A stretch of DNA of 64,000 nt, taken from a virus. The translations under genes and the position numbers were made by a program. Below the pieces are notes generated by a model, which made no database searches, was not told where the DNA came from, and saw only the letters and a list, made by a program, of their open reading frames with translations. This document shows positions 1 through 9,957 of this stretch, in pieces (the first letter of the stretch is position 1; every line of letters begins with the position of its first letter). The stretch covers positions 64,001 through 128,000 of the IMG/VR virus record IMGVR_UViG_3300050821_018050. One strand, written 5' to 3'.

Positions 1-1906
1 GAATTCAAAAGTTCGTTTGTGTTTCGAAATGCATAAAGATAAAATGTATTATGATTGTACTTTGAATAATTTTACTTTGAATAAAATTGCGGGCACATTG
101 GAATACGAATACAGTATTGACCTTACCGCTTGGAGACGCCAACCACATCCACCAAGTGGTGATTACCCTGTACAGTCAAGCAATGGAAGCCAAGCAAACG
201 CCATCAATAAGCTAGCTCAGATTACCCAAGCATTAATTCAAACTCGCGCTCTTCTTTCAGATTCATTTAACGTTTTGGCTGGTATAAGAGCTGATGTAAA
301 TAGTGTATTTATTGAACCTCTTAGAGAGGCGATTTTATTAGGAGGTACTCTTGTTTCGGGGGTGCTATCACTTTCCAGTTTCCCTCAGTCTATCATTAAT
401 TCATCCAAAGCGGGAATTATATCGGCCCTAAAGTCTTCTCAAGGAGATGTTAGATTAGCGACAATTAAGGCTTCTATGATTAAAGCTGGATATTATTCTA
501 ATGACAATAATTCTCCCAACTATGGATTAGTAAATCCCACTACGTCTGTTTTAAATTCTGAATTCCGAGAAACAAATGATACTAACCAGGCAGAGCTAAA
601 CGGAATTAATAATGATGGCTCTGGCTTCCAATTAGCCCTCAATGATCCTTCTGTGGCTATTCCCATGCTTGATCAATTCACAATTGATGAAATTCCCATG
701 ACTTCAGCTCAACAAACGGCTGTACAAAATGAGATTAATCGGGTTCAATCATTAACGGCCACTGACCTTCGTAATCGAAGAACATCTATGGAATCTTTTG
801 CGAATTCAATTGCGCAAGCCTTTGGTGGGGGTTCTACTACATTTAATAGAGTTAATAATTATACAAATTCTCCTACGACTAAAAAATTACAAATATCGGA
901 CATTATTCTTATGTCTCAGATTAATGATGCTATTATGGCTTATGATTCATTGATTGCACAGATGGAAAGTAACGTGTCTGCAGGTAATGATGATTATTAT
1001 TCTTATTATGCGAACGTCGCTAGAGAAAACAATATCGCATTTACCCAAAGTCAATCAAAGTATTATGTACCTTTCCCATATGGCATGACCATGGAAGCGT
1101 TAGCTGTGCAATATTTGGGGGACGCTCAAAGATGGATTGAGATCGCGGCAATTAATGGACTTCAAGAACCATATATCGACGAATCTGGATTTAATATTTT
1201 ATTCCAAGGCAATGGCGCAGGCAACACATTGACTTTGCCAAATGCAGATGATCTTTTTATCGGCCAAACCATTCTCATTACTTCCAATACTCAATCAGCG
1301 ACTTCTCGCAAAATCACCGGGATCACTGTTGAATCTGCTGTTGAATCCATTGTCACGGTAGACGGTGATCCAACCATGTCTTTATATCGTACTGCTGACA
1401 GCGCTAGTCTAAAAGCTTTTTTGCCAAATACTTTGAATTCTTTAAAGATGGTAGCAATTCCTTCGAATGATCCAGTAGGTGTGCCTCAACAATTAAAAAT
1501 AACCCCCGGTGCTAATGATTTAGATCCAATCATGGTTGTGGCTCAGACTGATTTCTTGTTGTTATCTAGTGGAGATTTGGCTATTGATGCGGCGGGTAAT
1601 GTTGGGATAGCTACCGGAGTCCAAAATCTGACCCAAGCGGCTAAATTAAAACTTCTGACCAAAGCAGGATCGCTAGTGAATGATCCTAGTTGGGGTAACC
1701 CTGTAAGTGCCGGTCAATCGACTGCAGAAACTAATGCCCCAGATATTCTTTCAAAGATCTCTTCAATGTTTGCCCAAGATCCTAGATTTGGTAAGATCCT
1801 GGCTGGCTCAGTTTCAAAGTTTGGCCCGAGTGCGGAGATTAGCATTTTAGTGAAAATCGCCGGTACTAACCTCAATTTACCGCTCGTGGTACAAGCTCCA
1901 TTATAA
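1..1906 (+). CDS. Baseplate protein with LysM-like segment and C-terminal gp25/GPW-like wedge domain (5' truncated by window edge)
   Basis: The motif TMEALAVQYLGDAQRWIEIAAINGLQEPYI is LysM/tail-X-like. The C-terminal GVQNLTQAAKLKLLTKAGSLVNDPSWG...FAQDPRF resembles gp25/W wedge subunits. It lies upstream of a J-like gene. The frame is open from the window start. Confidence 0.7.
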   Translation, partial: NSKVRLCFEMHKDKMYYDCTLNNFTLNKIAGTLEYEYSIDLTAWRRQPHPPSGDYPVQSSNGSQANAINKLAQITQALIQTRALLSDSFNVLAGIRADVNSVFIEPLREAILLGGTLVSGVLSLSSFPQSIINSSKAGIISALKSSQGDVRLATIKASMIKAGYYSNDNNSPNYGLVNPTTSVLNSEFRETNDTNQAELNGINNDGSGFQLALNDPSVAIPMLDQFTIDEIPMTSAQQTAVQNEINRVQSLTATDLRNRRTSMESFANSIAQAFGGGSTTFNRVNNYTNSPTTKKLQISDIILMSQINDAIMAYDSLIAQMESNVSAGNDDYYSYYANVARENNIAFTQSQSKYYVPFPYGMTMEALAVQYLGDAQRWIEIAAINGLQEPYIDESGFNILFQGNGAGNTLTLPNADDLFIGQTILITSNTQSATSRKITGITVESAVESIVTVDGDPTMSLYRTADSASLKAFLPNTLNSLKMVAIPSNDPVGVPQQLKITPGANDLDPIMVVAQTDFLLLSSGDLAIDAAGNVGIATGVQNLTQAAKLKLLTKAGSLVNDPSWGNPVSAGQSTAETNAPDILSKISSMFAQDPRFGKILAGSVSKFGPSAEISILVKIAGTNLNLPLVVQAPL

Positions 1907-2065
1907 AATCCTTCGGCGTTGATTATTAACGCCTAAGAAAACTCGCCCACCGCAATAATGTTTCAAATATAAGAATAACATAAAAAATCTGCCAGGAACT
2001 GCTAGGGTACCACCTAGATCATGGTCGAGAATCTCTTCAAAAATACGCTTTTCAAATGGCGTCAT
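1901..2065 (-). CDS. Leaderless micro-protein, 54 aa (MTPFEKRIFEEILD...)
   Basis: ATG at 2065 lies 7 nt after the -10 box TAAACT, so the true start is probably 2065, not 2086. The stop overlaps the stop of the upstream + gene. Confidence 0.65.
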   Translation of the reverse strand: MTPFEKRIFEEILDHDLGGTLAVPGRFFMLFLYLKHYCGGRVFLGVNNQRRRIL

Positions 2066-2072
2066 ATACGTG

Positions 2073-2101
2073 AGTTTACAATACAATTAGGTTAAAGTCA
2101 A
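2073..2101 (-). promoter_or_regulatory. sigma70-type early promoter TTGACT-17-TAAACT, leaderless ATG 7 nt downstream
   Basis: Reverse complement of 2063-2101 reads TTGACT ttaacctaattgtattg TAAACT cacgtat ATG. Confidence 0.8.
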
Positions 2102-2103
2102 GA

Positions 2104-2112
2104 CCTAATATT
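2104..2112 (+). promoter_or_regulatory. Putative late promoter motif CCTAATATT
   Basis: The same 9-mer precedes five + strand structural segments (2104, 12739, 37915, 54906, 60352). Confidence 0.7.
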
Positions 2113-2129
2113 CCTTATGAGGGTTATCT

Positions 2130-5100
2130 ATGGCCGACCAGCCTGTTTTACGATCGCAACCACAAATCGCCGGGGATTTAACGGACGGCTTCTTAAGTCG
2201 GGCCACTTCAGTTACCGATTTATCACAACAATCTGTATTAAGTCAGTTTATCACTGCGATATCACAGTCAAATTTTCGTGCATCTGCAGCTATTATTCAG
2301 ATGCTTGATGCACTTTCGATAGACCGCGCAGTAGGGGGCGCTCTTCAGACTTTAGCCCGTGATCGCCAAGTACCCATTCTTTCAGGTAATGCTTCAACTG
2401 GTAATGTTGATATTACAGATAATACATTTTCTAAAATTGAAACAGGTATTTACGCTGGTCAGCCAGCTCCCGTAGCTGGATCTGCAACTATTTACGTAGT
2501 GGATGCGTCGGCCTTCAATCCTACAGGTCAAGTTTATATTGGTCGTACTACCCCCAATGTCGAGGGGCCATTAACTTACACGAGTGTGACGGCTCAAGCT
2601 GGTGGAGCATATTGGGCTATTAATTTGGCAGGGTCTTCTTTGACTACAAAATTCCATAATCTCGGTGAACGAGTGATCATGGCCCAAGGTGGAAATAGAC
2701 TAATTAGATCAGGCTCTTCAGTTCAAACTGCTTCTGGATCCAATTCATCTCCTATAGTTTTTAATACGACCTCTAACGCGACTATTCAAGATGGTGAGAC
2801 CACTGTTAGCGCTGTACCGATCGTGTGCGCTCAGTCGGGCACAGATGGAAATGTACCCAAATCTGCAATTGTTGAAACCGTATCTTTCCCATTTTCTTCT
2901 AGTTGTGTGAATAGTCAGCCATTTACCAATGGTAAAGCTCCAGATGATGACGATACTTTAAGGGAACGTATTAAGGCTTATGAGCAAGCTAAATCAAAAG
3001 GAACTGCTCAAGCGATCGAAACAGCTTCTATTGATGTTTTTTCGCCAGATGACCTTAAAAGAGTCAGTTCGGCTAATATCGTTACTTACGCGGATACTTC
3101 ATCGGCATTGGTATTTGATGATGGAACGGGCTATGAAGCAATTTTTACGGGAGTCGGCTTAGAAACGGTAGTTGATTCTGCATTGGGTGGAGAAATAAAT
3201 CTTCAACTAAGACAATATCCAATTCTCCAGGCCCGTGTTATAAATAATCTTGCCGGACCTTTTAATATTTTACAGAACGACGCTATTGATGTAGAAATCC
3301 AAGGTGATCGTAGGACACATTTTTTCAACTCTACAGACTTTTTAGTCCCAGGAGCTGGAACCGTTAGTGAAATCGCGAATTCAATCAATTCTGATCCTAA
3401 CTTTCATGCATATGCGACTACTGCGACTAATACCTCTCGTATTGCTTTATATCCTCGTAACCGTCTTCAGAATGAGATCACTGTTGTCGCTCGTGGTACA
3501 ACAGACGACGCCAGCGTCAAAATCGGATTCCCATTAAATACTGAATATACAATTCGTTTGTACAAAAATGATATTCCATTATTCCAAGATGGTCAATATG
3601 CGACAGTTGCAACTACTTCTAATGCTAACTGGTTAAACACCATTACTGATGGCGATACTCTAATTTATTCTGTAGATAAAGCTCCTCCAATCACTGCTAC
3701 ATTTACAACTGCATTATTTCAAACAATTGATATTACTGCCACGGTCAGTTCTCAAACTGCATTAAGTACTTGGGTAGCTGTAATGAATTTAATTATGTCA
3801 GGAGTTACGGCGTCTATCAATGGTGATACCATTAATTTGACTTCTAATTTAGGATTGAACAATAGAGCATCAATTGAAATCCAAGGCGGAACGCTACTTT
3901 CTAAAATGTTCCCAGTTAATGTTGATGTAATATCGACCGGTCGCGGATCTGATTACACTCTTAATCGTCAAACTGGTCAATTTGCATTAAACGTGGCACT
4001 AATTAAAGGTGATTCAGTTACTGCTGGATCTTCGTTTACTCGCGCAAACATAATCACATCTTCAATACCTTCTGGTCCAACCATTGATGGAAACACGTGG
4101 ATGGTAGTGGATGGCGCTGCTAAATTAATACCAAATGGTCTTAAGTTAAATACCCAAGTATTTTTTGAATCCTATGCTACAGGGAAAATGCGCATTCGAG
4201 GAGAGTCCGCTACGCTTACTCCAGAAGGTTTCGAAAATGTTGCTATCAACGATTGGATACTTATTTGGGGAGAAGCTAGCGACGCTACAGCATACCCAAT
4301 CATGTACGCTAATCGCGGATACTGGCGTGTAGAGTCTATCGATGGCGGATTGATTGTAAATATCGATGGAAACTTCAGTCCAACATTTGGATCTGAACCA
4401 TCTGTGCCTCTTGACAGAATAGTTGCTGTAGAAACCCTGGCTCCAATTCAACATTTAGGGTATACTGCGGCAAGCATTGGTGGGTTCATTACGCAAATTA
4501 CTACCGATTTACTTGGTGTAGATGCCGATGCAATAGGCTCATCTGTTCGCCTATCTTCTCAAACCTCTGGCGCTTATGGCGAGATTCTTATTGTAGCTGC
4601 AGACAGTGGTGCTAAGTCTATTGGCATTAATCCAGCAACTATATCAGATAACATCACCTCTCATTATGGATTTATTGTAACGGCTGATTCAGAGGCTGGA
4701 ACTCCTTTGTTTACTCATAGTGTTTTTGGTACTAAAACAGATGACCACACTTTTCAAGATTCCAATTACGAAACCTTTGGCGGTAAATTAGATAATTTTG
4801 CAGAAATACTAAATGATTATGAAGCAGATGTAAGTAATTTCCGAGAGTTGCCGGATTCAAATAAGTCTCGTCGGGTATACACGGAAGACTTTAATGAAAG
4901 CACCAATAATATTACATTAAAGATCCCTCCCTATATGACTAGCGCGGAAAGCCCTATTCAAACAGGTGATCGTTATTTTTTGCGTGAATCTTATCAGTTT
5001 GACTCTACAGATGATCTTACATTTATCGTAGATGGTGACGACACTACAAAAACATATACTGCCCCAGTAGCTCGAAATGTTATTGTGGACAATCATTCAA

Positions 5101-8100
5101 CTCCTAGTACGCAAGATTTTTCAGCTTCTGATGCTCAGTCCAGTTTAGCACTAGCTGATCCATCTTCGTTTTTTAACTTTGATTTCTCTGATTTCAAAGT
5201 TTGGCGTCAAGCAGGTGTTGAATTATTAAATGGCACTAATTCGATTAGAATAAAATTTGGTATTTTCGGTCCCGCAGGTAATAGTGTCAGGGTGGGTTAT
5301 GTTTATCCGTCTAATAATACTCAAACTTCATTGTCTTATACGACCCTTAATAATGAAGCTGGGGCAATTGGTATTGTGTTGCCGGTTACAACTCCAAGAA
5401 CACCTAACTGGGACGGAACTACTTCCTTCACTACCGATGTAGTTACTACTGGCGGAAAAGATACCGTCACATATACTTACAGAGTTGGCACACAGCCAAA
5501 TTTTGGTGTTGGCGGTGCTGCAATTAATAATGGTGATATTGCAATGATAGATCCTACTTCTGATCAGTTGAGCCAGAATAAAAATTTCTCTGCTCGCGTT
5601 TCAACTGTATCAGCCACTACATTTTCTATTCAACGCCCAACAGGTACCGCTATAAGCGATAATATCCCTATTGCATCGATGCAAAATATTAATGGAGTGG
5701 TAACAGCTGTCACGGCCCAACCTCACCTCATTCTTCAAGGCGACCGCATCGGTATTTGGGGAACCTCTTCGGTAGATGGATTCAATTATCCATTTCAAAC
5801 CACTTATTATCCTACTGTAGTAAATTCCACCACTTTTACATTTAGTGCGCCCGTTGGGACTCCTGGTGGGGCAATCATTTCGGCTACTCATGCGGCTAAC
5901 ATCGTCACCGTTACAGCATCTGCACATGGGCTACAGGTCGGTAATGTAATAATTGTTTCAGGAATATCTAATCCTAACTATAATGGTACACATACCGTAT
6001 CAGCAGTTTTATCTTCTAGTCAATTTCAATACATCGTAACTGGGTCGGACGCTTCAGTAGTTGGTGGTCGTTTTGACTTCCAAAGCTATGCATTAGATCC
6101 AGCTTCAACAACTTCCATCCAGTCAATCACAAAGACTGGCTATTCAGTAACTGTAAATAGTACCGGCGAAAGTATCGCTGTGGGTGAACTAGTTCAGATT
6201 GCTGGTGCGCAATGGTCAACTTATAATTCTGCTACAACTTATGGTACAAATGATACCGTTTTTTATAGCGGTATTAATTATGTTTCTTTAGTGTCCGGCA
6301 ATACCTCAAATCAGCCAGACATCTCTCCAGCGCAGTGGGCAATTACCTCTTTGACCCTCAATGGCAACTATGTTGTTACGTCCACTGTGCCTGGAGTAAG
6401 TTTAACCTTCGTCACAGATTTCTTAGGAAATGGATCTGCTACGACAGGTACGGCGACAGCCATTAGAACCGCTGCTAGAATTGCACGCTCATTGGGACCA
6501 AATGCTGCGATGTTGCAATTTGCGCAAGTTTCGACAACAGCTCAAGCAATTATAGACTATGCTACGACTCAAATTCCTGATTTACTTGGCGCTGCTTTAG
6601 ACGGCGGCACATCTTCTGATGTGATTAATCTTTCTACCGCCGATACGACTCTTTCTGGTAATTATTACACAGCTACCGTAACTGCGATGGCTGCGACTGA
6701 AGGATCTAGCTTATTGAATATCACCGTTAATGCAAACATACCTGCAGGTTCAGATATATCACTGACTACAGACGCAACTGGGTATAGCGACAGTTATGTG
6801 GTGCTTACCTCTACTCAAGTGGGATCTTCTTGGGTATTATCTATTAGAACTAGAATCGTTTCTCCTACCACTGGCCCAGTAACTTTTACTACGGGTAATA
6901 TCGTGGGCGCACCAAATTATTTAATGATGACTGATGGCGAAAACTTTGTTAAAAGTTCAAACCTTCAATCAGTTCCTACTTTACCTCAGTTTTCTTGCAA
7001 ACGTGCCTGGATTGAAGCGCCAGCTATTGGCGAAGAACTGAGATTGATTGCTTCTACTACTGAACAATTAACAAGATTTTGGAATGTTTTAACTGTAACT
7101 GGTTTGTCTAATGTCGCAACGATTGATAATTCTGATTATGGTCGTCAATTACAAGTCCGTACTCAAACATTCGGAGCTTCTGGATCAATCCAGGCGACTG
7201 GTGGAAATGCTTCTGGTGGCCAAATAGCTATCGTTGGTGCTGGGAATGAAATTGACAGTAAAACCGGTTCTTTGACAATCCCTTTTGCCGCGCACGATGG
7301 GTTGAATGGCGGGTCATGGATTCAAATTACTCAAAATACCAGACAAAACAAAATACTTGGATTTGACGGCACAACAGTAATTAATACTTCTTCAAATGGA
7401 TTGACTTTAGCCGGTGGTTCTGGATCATTTCAAACCGCTCGCGTAACAACTCAAGATTCTACAACTAAAATGAAAGTTGAACGCCAAGGTAATTATATGG
7501 CATTCATAGGTGTATATGGCACATCATTAGGACTCGCATCAGATCCTGTTCAGTATGTTCGTGAAGGTGATTGGGTAAGATTATCTAATACGGCAGCGGG
7601 ATCTGCCTGGTCTGCTTCAGTTACTTATAGTCCCGGCGCAAGAGTTGACTACATTGGTTATCAATGGCTACAAATTTCTGGTGGTCCAGTACTAGCAGAT
7701 ATCCCAGGCACTGACACTAGTTGGCAACGATTAGGTGTATCTTTTTCAAATGAAGGGATTTTCCAGGTAGTAAGAGTTTTCGGTCAAAACACTTTTTATA
7801 TTCAAAACACTTTAGGTATCGATGAAATGGTTCAACTGGGAGCAGGGTCGGAACTCAGCTTTTACAGTTATGACTCTGTTATGCCGGGAGATACCTTGGT
7901 AATCGCTGGCAATATTCTTAACAGCCTGAATGTTGGCAGATACACTGTTCTGGATCAAAATGCTGGTCCTGGCTATGCTTTCCCTACGGCAACCCGAATT
8001 TATACTCTTCCTATCCCAGTCGTTCAAGGTAATACAGTTTTGGGTGATAGCTTTATACAAGTAAACATTGAAGAAGCTAATCCGCTTCAATTACTGAAAC

Positions 8101-8675
8101 GCATTGTAACGATCGCTCCGTCTGATGTAGGCTACGCAAATGTAATTGTAGATTCTTTTAATCTCATCAATAAAGTTTCTTCTTCACTTGGAGCTGCGAT
8201 GGTATTCCAAAATAAAATTGCTTACAATAATGCAATTGCATTTGGAGTAGATTCTTACCGTTATTATGGCGGATTGGTTGAAGAGCTTAATCGAGTGATT
8301 TATGGCGATCCCACTGATCCATTGAATTTCCCAGGCATTCGTGCTGCGGGAACTAATGTAGATATTAAACCGGCATTAGTCAAACGCATCACCGTAGCAT
8401 TAGCAGTTAGGCTTAAGTCGGGTGTTCCGTTCATTGAACTCCGCGATCGTATCAAGGCATCAGTAGCAGGATATGTCAATAGCTTGGGTGTAGGTGATCA
8501 AGTATCTTTAAGTAGTATTGTAGATGCTGCCGGTAAGATCAATGGAGTTACGTCAGTCGTAATTACTTCACCTACCTACGACGTGACACAAGATCAAATC
8601 TTTGTGGGATCCGACATGAGAGCTGCCGTGGTTAATCCAACAAACGATGTTGTGGTTGCTTCCCTGACCTCTTGA
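2130..8675 (+). CDS. Giant baseplate J-like wedge protein (2181 aa) with large beta-rich insertion
   Basis: The N-terminus is J-like (SIDRAVGGALQTLARD...VCAQSGTDGNV...TNGKAPDDDDTLRERIK...KGTAQAIE). The C-terminus is also J-like (IKASVAGYVNSLGVGDQVSLSSIVDAAGKINGVTSV). Internal AHGLxxG beta-barrel repeats and CBM5/12-like modules are present. An SD (GAGGG) lies upstream. Confidence 0.8.
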   Translation: MADQPVLRSQPQIAGDLTDGFLSRATSVTDLSQQSVLSQFITAISQSNFRASAAIIQMLDALSIDRAVGGALQTLARDRQVPILSGNASTGNVDITDNTFSKIETGIYAGQPAPVAGSATIYVVDASAFNPTGQVYIGRTTPNVEGPLTYTSVTAQAGGAYWAINLAGSSLTTKFHNLGERVIMAQGGNRLIRSGSSVQTASGSNSSPIVFNTTSNATIQDGETTVSAVPIVCAQSGTDGNVPKSAIVETVSFPFSSSCVNSQPFTNGKAPDDDDTLRERIKAYEQAKSKGTAQAIETASIDVFSPDDLKRVSSANIVTYADTSSALVFDDGTGYEAIFTGVGLETVVDSALGGEINLQLRQYPILQARVINNLAGPFNILQNDAIDVEIQGDRRTHFFNSTDFLVPGAGTVSEIANSINSDPNFHAYATTATNTSRIALYPRNRLQNEITVVARGTTDDASVKIGFPLNTEYTIRLYKNDIPLFQDGQYATVATTSNANWLNTITDGDTLIYSVDKAPPITATFTTALFQTIDITATVSSQTALSTWVAVMNLIMSGVTASINGDTINLTSNLGLNNRASIEIQGGTLLSKMFPVNVDVISTGRGSDYTLNRQTGQFALNVALIKGDSVTAGSSFTRANIITSSIPSGPTIDGNTWMVVDGAAKLIPNGLKLNTQVFFESYATGKMRIRGESATLTPEGFENVAINDWILIWGEASDATAYPIMYANRGYWRVESIDGGLIVNIDGNFSPTFGSEPSVPLDRIVAVETLAPIQHLGYTAASIGGFITQITTDLLGVDADAIGSSVRLSSQTSGAYGEILIVAADSGAKSIGINPATISDNITSHYGFIVTADSEAGTPLFTHSVFGTKTDDHTFQDSNYETFGGKLDNFAEILNDYEADVSNFRELPDSNKSRRVYTEDFNESTNNITLKIPPYMTSAESPIQTGDRYFLRESYQFDSTDDLTFIVDGDDTTKTYTAPVARNVIVDNHSTPSTQDFSASDAQSSLALADPSSFFNFDFSDFKVWRQAGVELLNGTNSIRIKFGIFGPAGNSVRVGYVYPSNNTQTSLSYTTLNNEAGAIGIVLPVTTPRTPNWDGTTSFTTDVVTTGGKDTVTYTYRVGTQPNFGVGGAAINNGDIAMIDPTSDQLSQNKNFSARVSTVSATTFSIQRPTGTAISDNIPIASMQNINGVVTAVTAQPHLILQGDRIGIWGTSSVDGFNYPFQTTYYPTVVNSTTFTFSAPVGTPGGAIISATHAANIVTVTASAHGLQVGNVIIVSGISNPNYNGTHTVSAVLSSSQFQYIVTGSDASVVGGRFDFQSYALDPASTTSIQSITKTGYSVTVNSTGESIAVGELVQIAGAQWSTYNSATTYGTNDTVFYSGINYVSLVSGNTSNQPDISPAQWAITSLTLNGNYVVTSTVPGVSLTFVTDFLGNGSATTGTATAIRTAARIARSLGPNAAMLQFAQVSTTAQAIIDYATTQIPDLLGAALDGGTSSDVINLSTADTTLSGNYYTATVTAMAATEGSSLLNITVNANIPAGSDISLTTDATGYSDSYVVLTSTQVGSSWVLSIRTRIVSPTTGPVTFTTGNIVGAPNYLMMTDGENFVKSSNLQSVPTLPQFSCKRAWIEAPAIGEELRLIASTTEQLTRFWNVLTVTGLSNVATIDNSDYGRQLQVRTQTFGASGSIQATGGNASGGQIAIVGAGNEIDSKTGSLTIPFAAHDGLNGGSWIQITQNTRQNKILGFDGTTVINTSSNGLTLAGGSGSFQTARVTTQDSTTKMKVERQGNYMAFIGVYGTSLGLASDPVQYVREGDWVRLSNTAAGSAWSASVTYSPGARVDYIGYQWLQISGGPVLADIPGTDTSWQRLGVSFSNEGIFQVVRVFGQNTFYIQNTLGIDEMVQLGAGSELSFYSYDSVMPGDTLVIAGNILNSLNVGRYTVLDQNAGPGYAFPTATRIYTLPIPVVQGNTVLGDSFIQVNIEEANPLQLLKRIVTIAPSDVGYANVIVDSFNLINKVSSSLGAAMVFQNKIAYNNAIAFGVDSYRYYGGLVEELNRVIYGDPTDPLNFPGIRAAGTNVDIKPALVKRITVALAVRLKSGVPFIELRDRIKASVAGYVNSLGVGDQVSLSSIVDAAGKINGVTSVVITSPTYDVTQDQIFVGSDMRAAVVNPTNDVVVASLTS

Positions 8676-8678
8676 TTT

Positions 8679-8981
8679 TTATTCATAATCATACCATACT
8701 TGAACTTCTCGCCAGGATGTTTCAGAATATTCACCTAATTTCACTTCGATTCTTCTTTTGATTTTTACCCAATGTTCTTCGCTTTTATCCGTGAATTTAT
8801 ATGGATTAAAAATAATTGAGCCGCTGTCTAAAAGTTCGGCCTTTATTTTTTTTAGATTACCGTTTTTATCTAATCCTACCCATTTCACTTGTGCATAACA
8901 TGTGTCGAACCAGTAGGTGCTGCGGATCAAATCCCCCTTTTTCGGATTAATGCTTGAAAGTTTGTTATATTTAGGATTCAT
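8679..8981 (-). CDS. Hypothetical protein, 100 aa (possibly SH3/KOW-like N-terminus PKKGDLI)
   Basis: ORF track; ATGA overlap with the upstream ORF. Confidence 0.6.
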   Translation of the reverse strand: MNPKYNKLSSINPKKGDLIRSTYWFDTCYAQVKWVGLDKNGNLKKIKAELLDSGSIIFNPYKFTDKSEEHWVKIKRRIEVKLGEYSETSWREVQVWYDYE

Positions 8982-9486
8982 TTTAGTTGAATTATATAAT
9001 AATTAAAACGAGGCTGTTTGCCTTCACAATCGTATGACTCGTAACGGGATCGCCACGATTTCTTTGGTTTATGCCAATAATGACTTGATTCCCATTCTTT
9101 CTGCTCCTCCACTATAAAATACCCATCTGGAATTCGAATATTTATTTTTTCCATTTCTGGCATTCCTTTATGTATTGTATAGGTCGATAATCAATGACTA
9201 TACTATATACAGTTTTAGTGCGAGGTTTATATCCATCAAAATCAATTGAAAGCGGAGTAATGTTCTCTGTTTTGTAGGCGTGCGGAGGAATATAATAGTT
9301 ATACTTTTTGCTTACTCCCCAAAAGTGAACTCGCCAATATTTACTCATCGATAGTCTCTATTGTGAATAAATAATCCATGGTAATGGATACTCCCCATTT
9401 ATCTTCAAAACGAGTGTTAATACCGCCCCATTCTCCTATTAATACCCACCTCTGTACAGATTTTGGAGTATCCCAATAATAAACTT

Positions 9487-9744
9487 TCATGGCGTCGGAG
9501 ATGGTGAGGGACTTGGAATTGGTTCTGCACTAGAAGCAGTTAAGATTGCCAAGAACTGATCGTAACATTGACTAGCGCAAGTAGTATTGCCGCTGCACTG
9601 CGAAGAACAAAATTGCTGTGCTAATGCATAGTTAATGGTGGTAGAGACCTGAACTTGCAGGGGATCTACTTTTACTGGATCTGAATGAACCTGTAATCCA
9701 CAACCAGAAGCTAACAAAAAACATAAGCTAGTGAAATATTTCAT
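9487..9744 (-). CDS. Small lipoprotein with Cys cluster and Pro/Ser-rich tail
   Basis: Signal peptide MKYFTSLCFLLASG|C with lipobox, four further Cys (CxxxC...CxxxC), and a PIPSPSPSPTP tail. Confidence 0.7.
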   Translation of the reverse strand: MKYFTSLCFLLASGCGLQVHSDPVKVDPLQVQVSTTINYALAQQFCSSQCSGNTTCASQCYDQFLAILTASSAEPIPSPSPSPTP

Positions 9745-9748
9745 AATA

Positions 9749-9922
9749 TTAGCTATCCAATCTGGCAGGCTGCCAATTACGTAAAAAATTAGTCAAGATT
9801 TCACCAAATTTTTGTAGAGCTTCTTTTTTGGTTTTAGCTTCTGTCATAGGCAATACAGCGAATACGCGTCCAGCAGAGCTAATTTCATATTGTTTTTTGT
9901 CTTCATTTAATTTCACGTTCAT
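9749..9922 (-). CDS. Leaderless micro-protein, 57 aa (MNVKLNEDKKQYEISSAGRVF...)
   Basis: Translated by hand. ATG is 6 nt after the -10 box TAGAGT. Confidence 0.65.
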   Translation of the reverse strand: MNVKLNEDKKQYEISSAGRVFAVLPMTEAKTKKEALQKFGEILTNFLRNWQPARLDS

Positions 9923-9928
9923 ATATTA

Positions 9929-9957
9929 ACTCTAACCTCAATCTGTCGGACCGTCAA
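9929..9957 (-). promoter_or_regulatory. sigma70-type promoter TTGACG-17-TAGAGT (leaderless)
   Basis: Exact 17-bp spacer; ATG 6 nt downstream. Confidence 0.75.

Noticed and set aside
2117-8090. Alternative-frame and antisense ORFs inside the J-like gene (likewise inside 12793, 38690, 55569-63875)
   Set aside because: These are shadow ORFs of long genes with biased codons and have no independent signals.
9745-9752. CTAATATT on the - strand before the lipoprotein gene as a late promoter
   Set aside because: It is only an 8/9 match, includes the upstream stop codon, and abuts the ATG with no room for a start site.
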